Shown here piece by piece: positions 22,431 to 37,510 of a DNA stretch of 48,909 bases. How positions within the stretch are numbered: position 1 is the stretch's first letter; each line of letters opens with the position of its first letter. Source of the DNA: Octopus sinensis (lineage: Eukaryota); contig NW_021834391.1 of NCBI RefSeq assembly GCF_006345805.1, positions 1-48,909 of the forward strand, in the 5' to 3' direction. A program made the translations under genes and the position numbers. The notes beneath the pieces were generated by a model. The model did not search any database. It was not told where the DNA came from and saw nothing but the letters and a program-made list of their open reading frames with translations.

Positions 22431-25250
22431 CATATGTGTTATATTGTGTCTTCTATGTTTCTGTATGCATGCCCGTCCGTGTCTAAACGTGTCTACCCAT
22501 ATATACATGCATACATGCATATATATATATGTGTGTGTTTGTGTGTGTGTGTGTGTTTGTATGCGTGTGTTTGTGTGTGCAAAGTTAGGGTGTAACCAGT
22601 AAAAATTAGTTGGTTGTGAAGCCGTGTGCTTGCTTTATTCGAAACATACATTATAATATCTCTTTCTACAGCTCGTTTATATGGAGGCGTCTCTAAAAAT
22701 CTTAACATATTTAAACCGCATCAGAATATTAAATAATAATATTTAGAAATAAAAAAAAAATGATAGTGGACCAAGAAATTTATAGTCAAAGATGGAGGAA
22801 TTTTAAAAAAGATTCTGGTTCGTAAAAACGTAGGCAATAAACGAGTGCTGTCGTCTAATTTTATTAGAACTTGTCAGATATCAACACACCTGAGAATCTA
22901 TATCGTTCATAATTTTCAGATGCTGTGGATTAATAAAATTTATGATCAGAATTTATGTTGCGCTTTCATGACTCTGAACACATGGTTTTGAATGTCAAAT
23001 CTATACTGCCTGTGTTGATGATAACACAAAAATTGGATGCAGGCCACTAAATTGCAGCCTTGCCTTGAAGAAAGCATGCAGGCTTATAAACGTGCTTGTA
23101 TACATTATACTCAAGGTTTTGCATACCTATTCAGTCCAGTATAACCAGGGATGATAGACATATTTAGTAATATTTTGCCTTCTTTCATGTCAGGTAACCA
23201 TATAAAATTTCATTCGATACTCATTTCGTTTGCCCTTGCTTAAATATTTTTAACACACACTATCTTAATTTTGCTCTGTATGTATGCATGTTTCTAGGAA
23301 TGTATGATGAATATCTTCATATACAGGTATGTGTATGTATGTGTAAACACAGAAACACTCAAACATACACACACACACACAGATATACTTATATACATAT
23401 ATAGATACATATATACTTATATGTATATATACGTACATCTGCCTACCTACCTACCTACCTACCTACCTATCTATCTATCTATATAAATATATATATATAT
23501 AATATATATATATATATATACATACATACATGCATGCATGCATACATACATACAGAAGAAGCAACATATATTATATGTGTATACAGGATAAGCATAAAAT
23601 ATATGGTGAATGTTTATACAGGTTAACGTACCATTAACAATTAAATTTGCTGCTTTGTATAGAAAATGATTTTCAAAAATTCAGTATATTAAACATGGTC
23701 TTACGTCAAGAATTGTTATTCGAAGATATTAAGAAAACTAGCTGTAGAGCATTGCAAAAACATAATCACCCCCTACAAATATAACGGATTCAACACCCTC
23801 GAGAAGGCACAAACCATACATGATCCAACTGCAGCTTAAATATATAATAAATGAAAGGATGGTTTGCTTGACTTGCTAATGAAACAGAATAAAAGGTAAC
23901 ATGTATGTTTAATAGAATATGCCATGACAAGTCTGCTTTATTCTATATCACGAAATAAATCACTAGAATTTAAAATCTTTTCATCAGCACAAAGCCAAAG
24001 ACATTTCCAGTCACAGAAAGTACCAATGTAATTCTATATTCCATTGTGAACATGAAGTTCTAAACCACGGAACGCAATCTGTTACATCCGACACATAAAC
24101 GCGCAATTTGTCGAGATATGACCATATATTTGTAACAATGAGTCATTGTAAACACATTGTAGTAGAGGGAAAATAATACAATGATAACTCTGCCATCTTA
24201 AATATAATTATGTCAATATATTGGATTAGTTTTAGTAGCTTCACTAATAACAAAGTACTGACAAAAATTTAATACAAAGATAAACCACACAGCTAATGAA
24301 TATGAAACAGTTACTGGTTCTTCAAAGTAAATTGGAGATGAGAAGATAACAATTAAGCATAAAATAATTAAATTCTGTGATGATGGCTCCATTAGTTATA
24401 GCAACGACATTTGCTATGTAGTTCAGTGTTGTTTTTGTACCCACTTATTTTTGTATTCACTTCCATATTGTTATGCATGGGAAAAGTATTGTATTTCATA
24501 AAATGCGATTTACGAACAATATTTTGACGAAAATTGAGAAAGGCAGAAACCGTGTGGAAGGCTTTTGGAGTCGAGGTAAATTATTCCACTTCCAATTTTA
24601 TAAATATACTTCGTATCTTAATTAAACACCGGTATCGATTTACATAACAGGTGGATCTATCTAGAAAAAACATCTAACTATAAATTCCCTATTTGATTTC
24701 ACAAGAATCTAAAAACCAGTAAGATATCAAAGGAGTAAGGATCTCTTTCTTTTCTGATCGAAATACAAAGAAAATGTTCCTATAATTCCTGTAACCAGCA
24801 AAAAAAAAAAAAAAAACAGTACCAACATCAACTGCATTCATAAGATGAGATTCAAAATATATGTAAACATTCATAGATTTGGGAACATTATTCTTACAAA
24901 GTAAACAGAGAAAAGCTATATAGGAAATCAATGAAAAATAGATTAAACTCCAATAGTTAAATCTTCATTATAACGTGTTTGAAAGAAAAGTTATTTCGCA
25001 TGCAGTCCCCGATACCTATGTGTGTTTATGCGCACTTAAATATATGACTATGTATGTTTATATGTATGCCTCTATGTATCTTTATACATATGCATATATA
25101 CATACTTAAATGCACACATACACACATACACACACACACACTTGTATGTATCCATGTATGTATATACATGTATATATTTATATATATATATATATTTATA
25201 TATATAATATAAACAAAGGCAAATAAGGGATGTATGTACTTAAGTTATAT

Positions 25251-25285
<35 letters not shown>

Positions 25286-25363
25286 TGATGTAAATGTGTT
25301 TGAATCTTTGTGTGCGAGTGCGCATGTATATGTATGCATTTGTCCATATATAAGTATATATAT

Positions 25364-25410
<47 letters not shown>

Positions 25411-25499
25411 ATATAAATGCACATATTTACAGACATACATGTATATATATACATACATATACATACATGCATACATACATGCATACATACATACATACA

Positions 25500-25553
<54 letters not shown>

Positions 25554-25966
25554 TATCGATGTAGATTTAAGTTCTATATAACAGTTCTATTTTTAATAAG
25601 CCAGGAGTCCCAGATTGTCAGCCTGGTTTTCTCTCACATCTCCATGAACCAGTCAACAAAAGCAGTTTTTATGGTCATCGACTGCTCTCACTGGCCTAAT
25701 AACCAATAGATAAACATAATTCAAGTTGATTTATTGCTTTATTCTCACGTGTTATCCTTCTCAGCCTCTCTTTGTCCTCACTGTATTTATACAGTTGTAT
25801 TCCATAAAAATCTATCTGGCACATTCGATAACTATATTAAACAAAAACAACAAAAATAACAATTGGAACAGCAACAACCGGAGTACAACAAGTATAATAA
25901 GAATTATAATAATAATGATAAAAATACATAAGAATGATAAAAACGATTATGATAATGATGATGATG

Positions 25967-26045
<79 letters not shown>
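25967..26045. repeat. (AAT)n microsatellite
   Basis: Direct reading; explains the poly-N and poly-I ORFs. Confidence 0.95.
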
Positions 26046-26305
26046 TAATAATAAAAATAATAATGGTGATGATGATGATAACAATAATATCAACATCAAC
26101 TACAATAACAATCGTGTAACATCGATCTGGTGTTGCTTACATTGCTCTTTAGTGAATGTCGCTTTACTTATACGCTCCATGCATTGATTTTTGTTTTTGT
26201 TTCCTTTCCTTCCTATTTTAATTTATTTACTTATTTATTTGTTTTACTTTCCGCTTTGCAGGCAGGTGAATAAACTGTGTAACATGTGAGTCTACGTAGA
26301 TACAG

Positions 26306-26350
<45 letters not shown>

Positions 26351-26429
26351 GTATGTATATCCACTACAAAAAATATATATATATATTTGCATATATGTAT
26401 ACATACGCATACAAACACATATATATATG

Positions 26430-26472
<43 letters not shown>

Positions 26473-26498
26473 ATTTATTTATTTATACACAATATATA

Positions 26499-26826
26499 GC
26501 GACGCAGGAGTGGTGAAGTGGTAAGTAGCTTGCTTACCAATCACTGGCTTCCGGGTTCAGTGCCACTGCGTGGCACCTCGAACAAGCGTCTTCCAGTATA
26601 TTCTCAGGTTAATCAATGTTTTGTGAGTGGATTTGGTGGACGGAAACTGAAAGAAGCCCACCGTATATGTATATACACATATGTATCTGTATATGTTTGA
26701 CTGTTGGTGTGTTTACATCCCCGCAACTTAGTATTTCGGCAAATGAGACCTATTTGTTCGACTTCAGGTGGTGCTCCAGCATGGCCGCAGTCAAATGACT
26801 GAAACAAATAAAAGAATAAAAGAATA
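26499..26826 (+). mobile_element. SINE family B, near full length
   Basis: Head, GGTTCAGTGCC B box, CORE-like segment and tail. Confidence 0.88.
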
Positions 26827-27163
26827 TATGTGTGTGTGTGTTTTTTTGTTAGTGTGTGTCTGTGCCCGTGTCCGTATGTGTGAGTGCATGTGTTAATGTG
26901 GCCCGTGTGCTTGCGTGTTTGTGTGTTTATCATGTTATATCTCATCACGGATTTCAGGCACTAATATGGACGTAATGTTGCTGCTGGTTACATAAATTTC
27001 TGCTAACTTTTCCGTGTCTCATTCTGAAGGCCAATAATAAATGGAGATCATTTTTCACAAACACCTCTGAGAGATTCGTTGTGTGCCAGTGATATCTGGA
27101 CGTTATTTTGTTTGAGATTTCTTCGTCGAATATGTAATAATATGTATCTATATGCTCTATCAG

Positions 27164-27364
27164 GCAGTTGTATATAAGATTTTCCTCGCCCATAACATAT
27201 ATATTTCAATGACCGTCCCCAGATTTCTTGGCATGAAAACCATCGCAGCCTTTCAATTCATTCTCGTTCCTCGATATTAACATACAATCACACACACATA
27301 CAAACACGCCCACACACACATACTTACATTCACACACACACTCACACGTATAAACGTAGCGCAG
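27164..27364 (-). repeat. Inverted partner of 21299-21503
   Basis: Reverse complement aligns with few mismatches outside the CA tract. Confidence 0.9.
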
Positions 27365-28716
27365 GTAATTTATATCCAAGAATGGCGGGGAGAAATAAGA
27401 AAATACTTTGAAAAGTAATGGTTGACATATTACTGCAACTAACATTGTAGAAGAAAAGGAAAAAAAATAAGTTAACGTTTCGGAGTAGGGTCTTTTATCA
27501 TGACGGAAAGAGAATAGAACAAAATAAGTGTTCTTCAAAAATAGGATAATTTTCTGAGAAATGACGTTTCATTTGCAGTCATAAATATGTCAAATTGGAT
27601 AATTTATATTGTTATACAAAAATCCCATTGTGGTGTTATCAGAGTTCAATGTATTTCAGGTTATCGAACACTGAATAACTTTCTTCAACTAGTATCTAAT
27701 TCGTGGTCGCTGCCATTTCTTCTCACACTAAGCCTTAAAAAACTTCAAGTAGTGCATGCATATGAAGACCCTATTCTCGTTTATCTTAAGTCTATGTGAT
27801 TATAGTTGCCACGGGTGTAAGCAACGTCAACAATTACAACATCAATGTAGGACTGCATAACAATTACTAAATTACAAGGCCTCGATATAGGTTATGCAGT
27901 ATTCGTAATGTAGCAGTGTATAAGGATGAAGTATTAACCGAATCAGCTGCCTTGTGGTTGTAATATCTAATATCATTTCAGAATGCACTCCTTAATAGAC
28001 TGAGATCTATGGGAAAATATCATTGAGATCAAAAGAATACTGTTATTTTATACTTGGATTTTAATTAAACAATGTGATTTTCAAGAGCATTGTTAAGCCG
28101 ATACAAAAGTCGTTGTCATAAAAATCTGCTAGCTTCTGTCTCAGTTAGAAACTATTCTTAACATATTTAAAGCGATCTCAAACCGTACCGATTTTCGAAG
28201 TTAGTAATTATACTGTATATGTTACTCTAGGTAAATATCTCTGTTATTCTCTACATATCATCGTAGGTCCGTTAATAATATATATTTATTAATGACAGGT
28301 GACGGATGACTGAACGCGTAGAGGTTCAACCTAAGTAATAAATTATGCATTTCTTCTTATAGAGTGGAGACAATTATCTCCACTATGGCGTGAAACTGAC
28401 TTTTATTTAATTTATAAGGACTGAATGATTAAGCCCATGTAAGTTCCTAGTATAAATCTAGTTGAGTCGACTTTGTATTTTGGTCATAGGATGGTGTTGC
28501 GATGCGTGGGAAATAATTGTTTGCCCTGTGGTTTGTGAGCTTCAGTCGAGTATAACAAATATCAGTAAAACTGTGTAAATAAAACATTAGTATTATCTAT
28601 GATTGTCTGTGATTGATACCTTCCTTTTATAGATTCATTTGAGGATCACGTGGATACGAAGGAATACCGGACTTACGATACGTAAGGAATAAGAGAAACA
28701 TTTACCTAGAGAAATA

Positions 28717-29282
28717 TTGGGTTGTCCTGACAGTTCTTGCCGATTTTTAAAAGAAAGCAAAAGGTAAAAAAAATACTTGCCATCAAATTTTTAATCAACC
28801 AAATATGAACCATTTTATTGCACAAAGCGTCTCCATCTTTCTTTAACTTGAAAATACCCTCTTCCCAGAACTGAGGTGGTTTCATAGCAAAGAATTCATC
28901 AAGGTATCTTTTTACGTCATCCAAGGAATTGAAATTTTTACCATTACGACTTTTCTGCAGAGATCCGAATAAGTGGAAATCCGAGGGTGCAATAACTGGT
29001 GAATATGGAGGGTGGCGTATCACATCCCAGCCGAGCTACAGAAATTTTTGTCTGGTTCCCAAGGCATCAAGTGCTGAAAATGAACTTTCTTCTCTTCCAT
29101 TTTAAAGGGTTACAGAATTAATACAGGTTATAGGAACATAAACTTTCTTCCACGAAAAGATAGCTTAAACTGTGCTATAAATGGAGGTGCAGTCAAATGC
29201 AATTTTATGGACTCAACCATGTTCTAAAATAATTCGAAATGTAAGCTACTATAAATCGACACAAACTTTCCGGACAACCCAA
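28717..29282 (-). mobile_element. 566-bp non-autonomous mariner deletion derivative
   Basis: TIRs TTGGGTTGTCC.GA.AGTT..TG.CGATTT, TA TSD (28715-16 and 29283-84), transposase C-terminus HPPYSPVIAPSDFHLF. Confidence 0.95.
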
Positions 29283-29351
29283 TAGATACAGTAATACGAC
29301 TGACTTGGAACTCCGAAAGGATTCGAGATTCATTTATATATGATAGTGGTA

Positions 29352-29537
29352 TCAAATCTTGGCACAAGGCCGGCAATTATGGGGGAGGGTGTATGTAGAT
29401 TACCTAGACCCCACTGCTCAACTGCTACTCGCTTTATCGACCCCGAAACGATGAGAGGCATAGTCAGCTTCAGTTCAATTTTACATCCGAAGAATGACGT
29501 GACGCCAACATTTTTCCCAGCATGCTAACGATTTTCC
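29352..29537 (-). mobile_element. SINE family A copy (diverged)
   Basis: Reverse complement aligns to the family A body and tail. Confidence 0.75.
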
Positions 29538-30976
29538 TTTGCGAGAATAGTTTTTCTAGCTCTACGTCACTCATATCCATGAAATTCATTTACTTCTGCC
29601 GGACAGGATATAATAGAATAATTAGTAAAAAATCGTTTTAGAAAAAAATGTATCATTTATGACGAGAATAATATAGCGAAATGAAAATTAAAGAAAAAAT
29701 TGTATCTATTATTTCACTCCTTCCAACTAAAAATCTATTATCCAAAAGCTATTTTCTATTATTCGTCTATTCTCTATATTTTCTAATAATGATAATATGA
29801 CAGAGTACACATGAATAGCATTTTCAGTTTAAACAAATTCAGAGAAAAAAATTAAAAAATACGGATAACTTAGCATGGTTTATTGGAAAAGAAACGTTTT
29901 ATTAGTTACATCAGAACACTGTCGATTGGGCTCCGTTGGTTGCACGCAATACATCTAGATAATAATTGTGGAATTATGAGAGATAACTTAAGGACACCCT
30001 ATATTTACCGAGTCGATTGAGCTCAGTCGCTGTTGTGTGGTTCAGACGATGCTTTCGCATCCACGTGATCCGAAGTTCAAAACCCTAATGCATGGTCTTT
30101 TGGCTGACATACAGCATTATATCATATCAGTAAACGTTTTTTTTTTACTGCGTGAAAGGTTTGGATATTCTCCATGAATAGAATACTTGTTATGTACAAT
30201 GAAACGAATGTCTGGTGGAAACCAGTCTATTAAATCATTCAGAAAATATCGGCTGTATGAAGATTACAGAATCCCCTCTATTTTCTTCTACCTCTTTCGA
30301 GGCCATGACCTAGCGGTCAGAAACAGCATTCCTTCTCCTCGCATTAATCACAAAAAAATGCTCATATTATTTAGTTTAAGGGGACTTATACATCCCTTAA
30401 TAGAAAAGTCAGTGTCAATAGCAGGTTATAAATTTTGTGTCCGTCATCTCCCCTCCCAGAAAAAAATTCCTGTTACTAAAATTGTTTAATGTTACACATT
30501 AGTTAAAATACATATTCTATAAATCTATTACATATTAAAATCTATTAAAAATTGTCTACACGGGCACCAGACCTTGTGGTTTTGAACGCAGAGTGTTCCT
30601 GTTTGTATAACTCAAATTCACTAACCGTATTTTATACCGCCATTCTATATGTGTCATATAAAATTTTTATGGACGTAAAAACCAGCTGCTCAATTAAATA
30701 GCTTTCTATTTAATTCTAGTCTTTCAGCATCTGACAAATTTGTTTTCCGTGACAACCTAGGAATAGATAATTTAAGTGTTTACTAAACGTTCTATATATA
30801 ACAGTCAGTCTTAGCGCATATATCTTACTGTTTTAAAATAGGGAGGGCAAATTGGAAGTTTCAGACCTTCGTACGCAGTGTTAGAAAGAATAGAATTTAG
30901 AAAATAAAACATATCAGATGAGACAAAATTAAAAATTATAAGTGTAGAAGATTGAATATATATGGATAAGTTATAG

Positions 30977-31288
30977 GAGCACTCCGTGGTTACGACGACG
31001 AGGGTTTCAGCTGATACAATCAACGGAACAGCTTGCTCGTGAAATTAATGTGCAAGTGAATGAGCAATCCACAGGCACGCGTACTCTTAACATAGTTCGC
31101 AAAGAGATTCAGCGTGACAAGACTGGCCCTTTTGAAATACAGGTACTACTCATTTTTGCCAGTTGAGTGGACTGGAGGAACGTGAAATAAAATGTTTTGC
31201 TCAAGGACACAGTGCGTCGCCGGGAATCGAACTCCCAACCTTGCAATCATGAGCCGAATGCCCTAACCACAAAGCCACGCGCCCTCAC
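30977..31288 (-). mobile_element. SINE family D (tRNA head plus CORE-like domain) with 15-bp TSD
   Basis: A box TGGCTTTGTGG, B box GAGTTCGATTCCC, TGTGTCCTTGAGCAA segment; TSD ATGGATAAGTTATAG at 30962-30976 and 31289-31303. Confidence 0.92.
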
Positions 31289-32215
31289 ATGGATAAGTTA
31301 TAGTTTAGTGCTAACCAAACGATTGCAATGTCATTACAGAGATTGGCAGTATTAAAACATATGTTCGCTGGATCATCTACATTCTGTTTCATGGCACATA
31401 AAACTGTATTGAGGTAGAGAGGAACAAGTTGGAAATTACAGCCCATGATATTTCCAACGTTCCAAGAATTGTAGATGGTATTATCATAGCTTGACTGCTT
31501 TTAATAATAAATTTAACCAATCTTGGTTAATCCAGGGCTAAAGCTGCACCAACAGTCTCCATACAACTAGGATCTGGGTATCTGAAGAGGAATTTCAATT
31601 TATCTTAACCATTGTGTTTCACATAAATACTTATTTATAAGGCGATCCTACTTCCAGAAGAGTTTTACTACTTTAAATGGGGTTGTTATAAGTCATAGGT
31701 GCTATTTTTCACTTCTGAGTAACTAATCCAAATAATTGCTATTGTCAATGCCAATATACAGCCAAGGAAGGATTATTGTTGTTGCTTTTGTTGCTTAATG
31801 ATTTTGTCTAGCAGAAATATAATCAACAAAATTATCACAATCATGACGATGGATGTTTTTAAAGTTTATATCGAAAATATGATGGTTTATGCTTTCAAAG
31901 TCGGTAGGATGCGATACGAAATTTGATGATGGTTTTAGTTAGTTGGGGGATACAGATAGATTGTTGTACAAAAGGATTTATGTAAGGAGATGCATAAACT
32001 TATAATGTTATGCCACGGGTTTCAGGTTATGGCCTTCCAGTTTGAATATTTTCACCATATCTTATATAAGTTAAGCTACACAGGAGAAGACAAATGTAAA
32101 TTGACTTTGGTATGTAAATAATAAAACTATGAAGTATACTAAAGCCTAGATACATAGAAACAAATGGTGATGACATGACAATGAGAGACATGTACATACT
32201 TGTATAAATATATAT

Positions 32216-32490
32216 ATCACCGAGATCACCGTGACCGACCAGGCTATGAGATGTTGCTACACATCGCTGGTTACCATGCGCTTCACATTCTTTTACCTTC
32301 AAATGACGCCACCCCGCTGGCTAAGCGAGCAAGCCAACAGAAGAAAGGGAGAGAGAGAAAGTTGTGGCGAAAGAGTACAGCAGGGATCGCCACCACCCCT
32401 GCCGGAGCCTCGTGGACCTTTAGGTGTTTTCGCTCAATAAACACTCACAACAGCGAGTCCGGTGCCCTAACTACTGGGCTATTGCGCCTC

Positions 32491-32491
<1 letters not shown>
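32216..32491 (-). mobile_element. SINE family C copy with deleted B-box region
   Basis: Aligns to 13534-13798 (GAGCGAAAACACCTAAA; GATCCCTGCTGTACTCTTTCGCCACA; GCGATGTGTAGCAACATCT). Confidence 0.88.
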
Positions 32492-32573
<82 letters not shown>

Positions 32574-33031
32574 CATATACATGTATACACACATACAGAC
32601 GCACGCATACATACTCACGTATATATATATATATATATATTTATATTTGAAATATATAATGCTTTACCAAAAGCATTATTTTTATTATTCTACTATATAT
32701 ATACATACATACACACACACACACGCACACGCATATATGTGTGTGTATGTATCTATGCATGCATGCATATATGTATGTATATAATGTCGTACATAATGTA
32801 TGTACATAACGGGTTGCAGGTTATGGCCACCTGTAACCACATGTGGATTATTGGCGATTGCATTCCTCCGTCTTCCTTTTCTCTTGGGCTTTCTTGTGTC
32901 ACCTGCTTCTGACAAAGAGCTTTGCTTAAAGTATAAAACAGTCTTCCTTCCTTCTCTGAGCATCTTATTGATACGTTACATGTACCACGTCCTCGATGAT
33001 TTTCTTCTATTTTTCTCTGTTTTTTTTATAC

Positions 33032-33117
<86 letters not shown>

Positions 33118-33253
33118 GTGTGTGTCAGTGTTTGGTGTACATACATACATGCTGGACGCTGAAATCTACAAGTTTATTTTTCATTTTTCCCGAGCGTCAA
33201 ACTTGCTTATTATTCATACACCTGTTTTCATCTTCTGATTCTCTATAAATTTC

Positions 33254-33295
<42 letters not shown>

Positions 33296-34605
33296 TTTAA
33301 AAAGTGTATATGCAATTTCTGGGACAAGCTAGGGCAACGAAATCCTGGGCCGATGTAATAAACTTTTAGCTCTGACAGAATTACAAGATAATTTCCTAGT
33401 TGATTCGTATCTGAATCTGTTGTTTGCTGCATCTTTTCTTCAACTTCCTTCATTATGCGATATAGCAGATATTCCCATTGAGAGTAAAAGACATTAGACG
33501 ATATTGCTTCATTTCATTAATTCTGCGCAAGGATTCTGAGGGCGTCAATAACAACACATCTTTGATTTGTAAGGCGATAACCGTCAAAGAAACCCACATG
33601 CTTGCTATCTGTTTTACCCTTATTCTTTTTTTCTTAATCAAACACTACAAAGGAGAGACAGACACGGCTTTTGTTCTTTTTCAATGAATCATTCATTATG
33701 GTGGATGTGATTCTTTTAGGTAGCAATATATTTTTGAAGCCATTAGACAGTCAGTGTATATAATACAGCAGAGTAAATATCGACATAAGAATATTACAAC
33801 AAGAATCTTTTGTAGATTACCATAACAATACACAGTAGCAAGTAAAGCACATCCACTCATGCACTCCAGAAACATTGATAATTGAAGAAATACACATATA
33901 CTTATATACAGACGAACGCACACAGAATTACACACACATATCGAGTAATATACCCCGAGAAAATAAATCTCCTTCATTTGCATTGCATTCAAACAAATAC
34001 CATGGGTACACTCTAGATATTACCAGAATCATGTGACTTACCTACGTTTTTATCAAGCATTTTTTGTCCGTATAACACATTGGAAGTCCGAGATTTCAAT
34101 GCATGAAAAGGAAGTAATTGCTTGCAGCTGACTTCTTGCATGGACAGATATAGACTCACAAATACCAATGCTAACTTCCTTTTGTGTATTTCGTAATCCT
34201 TGGGCGGAATAAATGTCGCAAAAGATTCTGATAATATTCGTTGGCTATTGATCCAACTAAATAACACAGAATATAAATCTGGGACTTGCATATTTCTAGA
34301 GCTGTTGTTATCTCAGAATAAAAGTGTCCTTCATTCTATTCAAGGCTGCTATTTCACATCTCGAAATGGCAGTTTATAACCTGCAGTGCTTCTCTGAAGT
34401 TGAATTTAGGAAATTCAATATGACAATGGCGGTTTCCAGTGATATGATTCTATCTCTCGCTCCCTCTCTCATTCTCATCATTTCTCACACAACACACTCA
34501 CTCTCTCTCTCACACATTCATTCTCTCTCTCTATCTACGTATCACTCTACCTACCTACCTAACTACCTACCTACCAACCTACCAACCTGCTTATCTATCT
34601 GTCTG

Positions 34606-34666
<61 letters not shown>

Positions 34667-34865
34667 ATATATATATATATATCTGTCTGTCTGTCTGTCT
34701 ATCTGTCTATCTATCTATCCATCTACCTACAGGCGCACATATATGACTACTGTATTATGGCTTTATGTGTACATGTACGTGTATATGTATGTGTGTAATT
34801 TGCATTATATATGAATGTAAATACATTTTCATTAATATATCTATGAAGAAATATAAAATATATGT

Positions 34866-34966
34866 ATAAGTCCCGGGGTCGAGTTGCTCGATTAAAGGCG
34901 GTGCTCCAGCATAGCCGCAGTCAAATGACTGAAACAAGTAAAAGAGAAAGAGAAAGAGAAAGAGAA
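34866..34966 (+). mobile_element. SINE family B 3' end
   Basis: AAAGGCGGTGCTCCAGCATAGCCGCAGTCAAATGACTGAAACAAGTAAAAGAG. Confidence 0.88.
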
Positions 34967-35130
34967 ATATAACTCTGAATATATACACACGTTCACGCTT
35001 GTACGTGAGTTTATATACTGTCAGTCATACACAGATACATACGCATATAAATATACATTCACCGACACAGCTCAATTTTTATGTATGTATGTATATATAT
35101 ATATTATAGATATATATATAATATATAATA

Positions 35131-35143
35131 TAGATAGATAGAT

Positions 35144-35208
<65 letters not shown>
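35131..35208. repeat. (AGAT)n microsatellite; an (ATCT)n tract also lies at ~34597-34665
   Basis: Direct reading. Confidence 0.93.
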
Positions 35209-35210
<2 letters not shown>

Positions 35211-35481
35211 TATACACGAATCTCTCTATATATATGTGTGTGTTCGTGTGTGCGTATTTGTGAGAGTGAAAGAGTAGGTATATCGTAATAAATTCTGAAA
35301 GGTTTCATTTGATTGTCATTCTCTAGAATATCTGACAACCTGCAGAAATCAGTGGATAGGTACATCATCTGCGACTGAAAACTCTCTTCGATTATAACTA
35401 CAGGCCCCATCTTAAATAAAGCACAACCACAAACGCGCCTGTCTACCCACTTGCATGTACTGCTTTTGTGATATGAATATA

Positions 35482-35513
<32 letters not shown>

Positions 35514-36215
35514 TACTGGAAAGTAATACATTCGTATTGCATTATTATATATATATAATATATATTCATATCATTGAAATCTCACGACAATGCAGCTAGT
35601 TCTATATCCTATGTCTTTTCTCTATATGAATGAAAGAGAGGTCTCCTTAAGTATGAAATCTAAAGAAAATATAGAAAATTCGAAAATAGTCAAAACCCGA
35701 TATATCTACATTTCTCAATAAACACTCAATCGCTGGCACATAAAGACAAAGATGATGAGTTACTCTGAAATCAGGCATTATTAAGACGTTTTTACCATCG
35801 CCAAATATTGATATGAATATCAACCAGGCCAGACAAAGGAAGAGTTATGATGGTAACCATATCCTCATTATTTATATATGCAGTCCCATTGCTAAATATA
35901 ACCAGGCCTTTATAATGCGGAGCACCATGATTCAATAAATGTATATTAAATATTTCTAGCATATTGATCAATAACATTATTGATTAGGAATTGATCCTTT
36001 CTTTTGTCTTGTATTTTTTTCGGGATCTTGAGCAAACATTATCATAACAACGTACAAGCGATTGATCCGAATCTAAAGAAAAAAAAAGGACAGAAGAGAT
36101 ATGGTGGTGTCACCTGTTAAAATAGTTGCAAAGCCATCAGGGTACTGTATACAACCATTTAAAGTAAGGGGGCTTGTCGATTTTTGCATTACTAAACATA
36201 TACACACAAGGAGCG

Positions 36216-36248
<33 letters not shown>

Positions 36249-36651
36249 CCACACAGAGAAACGCACTCACATGCACACGCACAAAGATAATAATGGTGCT
36301 AACACCGTTGACATTATACCCCATTTATGAAGTTTGATACGTTACTAAAATAGCATCATCATCATTATCATCACCATCGTCATGACTAACAACTATATCA
36401 ACAATGGCTCTCTGAATTGAAGCTGTTAAATGGATCTATAATCGGGTGTTACATCTACAAAGTAAGTGCAGAATGAACATCTTAACACACAATAACAAGT
36501 ACTTCATGGCTGCCTGTCATCGGATGATGTACGTGAAATGTCGGCAAATATTGTAGTATGTAGATGTGTGTATGTTTGTGTGAATGTAAAGATAGGTAGA
36601 TAGGTATTTGGATAGGCACACTATGTGTAATAAAGACGACAACGCATGCAC

Positions 36652-36707
<56 letters not shown>

Positions 36708-37073
36708 CACACATACACGCATATATATATGTACATATATACGTGTGTGTGTATGAAACATTAAACGTTAATGTTTACACTATGAAATCTTGTGAAAGAT
36801 TTGATGACTCAGATGTTGTCAAGCATCTTATGTAAATATGTTTAACAACCTGTGTAAACTTGCTGGTATGTACGCACAATGCTTGTCTTTAGAACATTAT
36901 ACGTATGTGTGATAAAGATTATTTCAGGATTGGAAAGCTGCCTTGCAGTCACATGTGCCAGCAAGTCTGCTTACATTAAGCGAGATATTATAAAAATATT
37001 TAGCCCTCTTACGTAAGAAAATCGTTTAAGTTCGAATTCACTTTCTCTCGGTGTTTCAGTTGTACTTTCTAAT

Positions 37074-37257
37074 CTTATTTCTTATTTACTTATTGCCCAC
37101 AGGGGGCTAAACATAGACGGGAGAAATAAAGACAGATTTTCGACCCCGAATTGATGAAAGGCAAAGTCAACCGCGGTAGAATTTGAACTCAGAAAGTAGA
37201 GATACGAAATGCTTCTAGGTATTTTGCTTCGCGTGCTGACTGTTATAGCAGCTGGCC
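37074..37257 (-). mobile_element. SINE family A, alternative-tail subfamily, internally deleted
   Basis: Reverse complement of the TTTAGCCCCCTGTGGGCAATAAG tail plus family A body. Confidence 0.8.
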
Positions 37258-37510
37258 AAACTTGAAATCGTGTATAATATTAGAATGACACTGTGCAACA
37301 GTGAGACACCACTGAATTACAGATGTGTTCAATACGAATATATTCCAATCTATTATCATCCACACAATTTCATTTCCATGATTTAGGGATTGATAAAAGG
37401 AACTAATAAAAAAACATAAAACACCGTGTAGGAGAGAATTTCTTGATCGTTCAGCCATGCATGTGTGCGTAGTTGTACACAGGTAACTGCAAATGCAAAA
37501 ATTATTCTTT

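Noticed and set aside
32015-32828. 20-bp direct repeat ACGGGTT(T/G)CAGGTTATGGCC at 32015 and 32809
   Set aside because: Does not abut an element boundary as a TSD would; too short to interpret.
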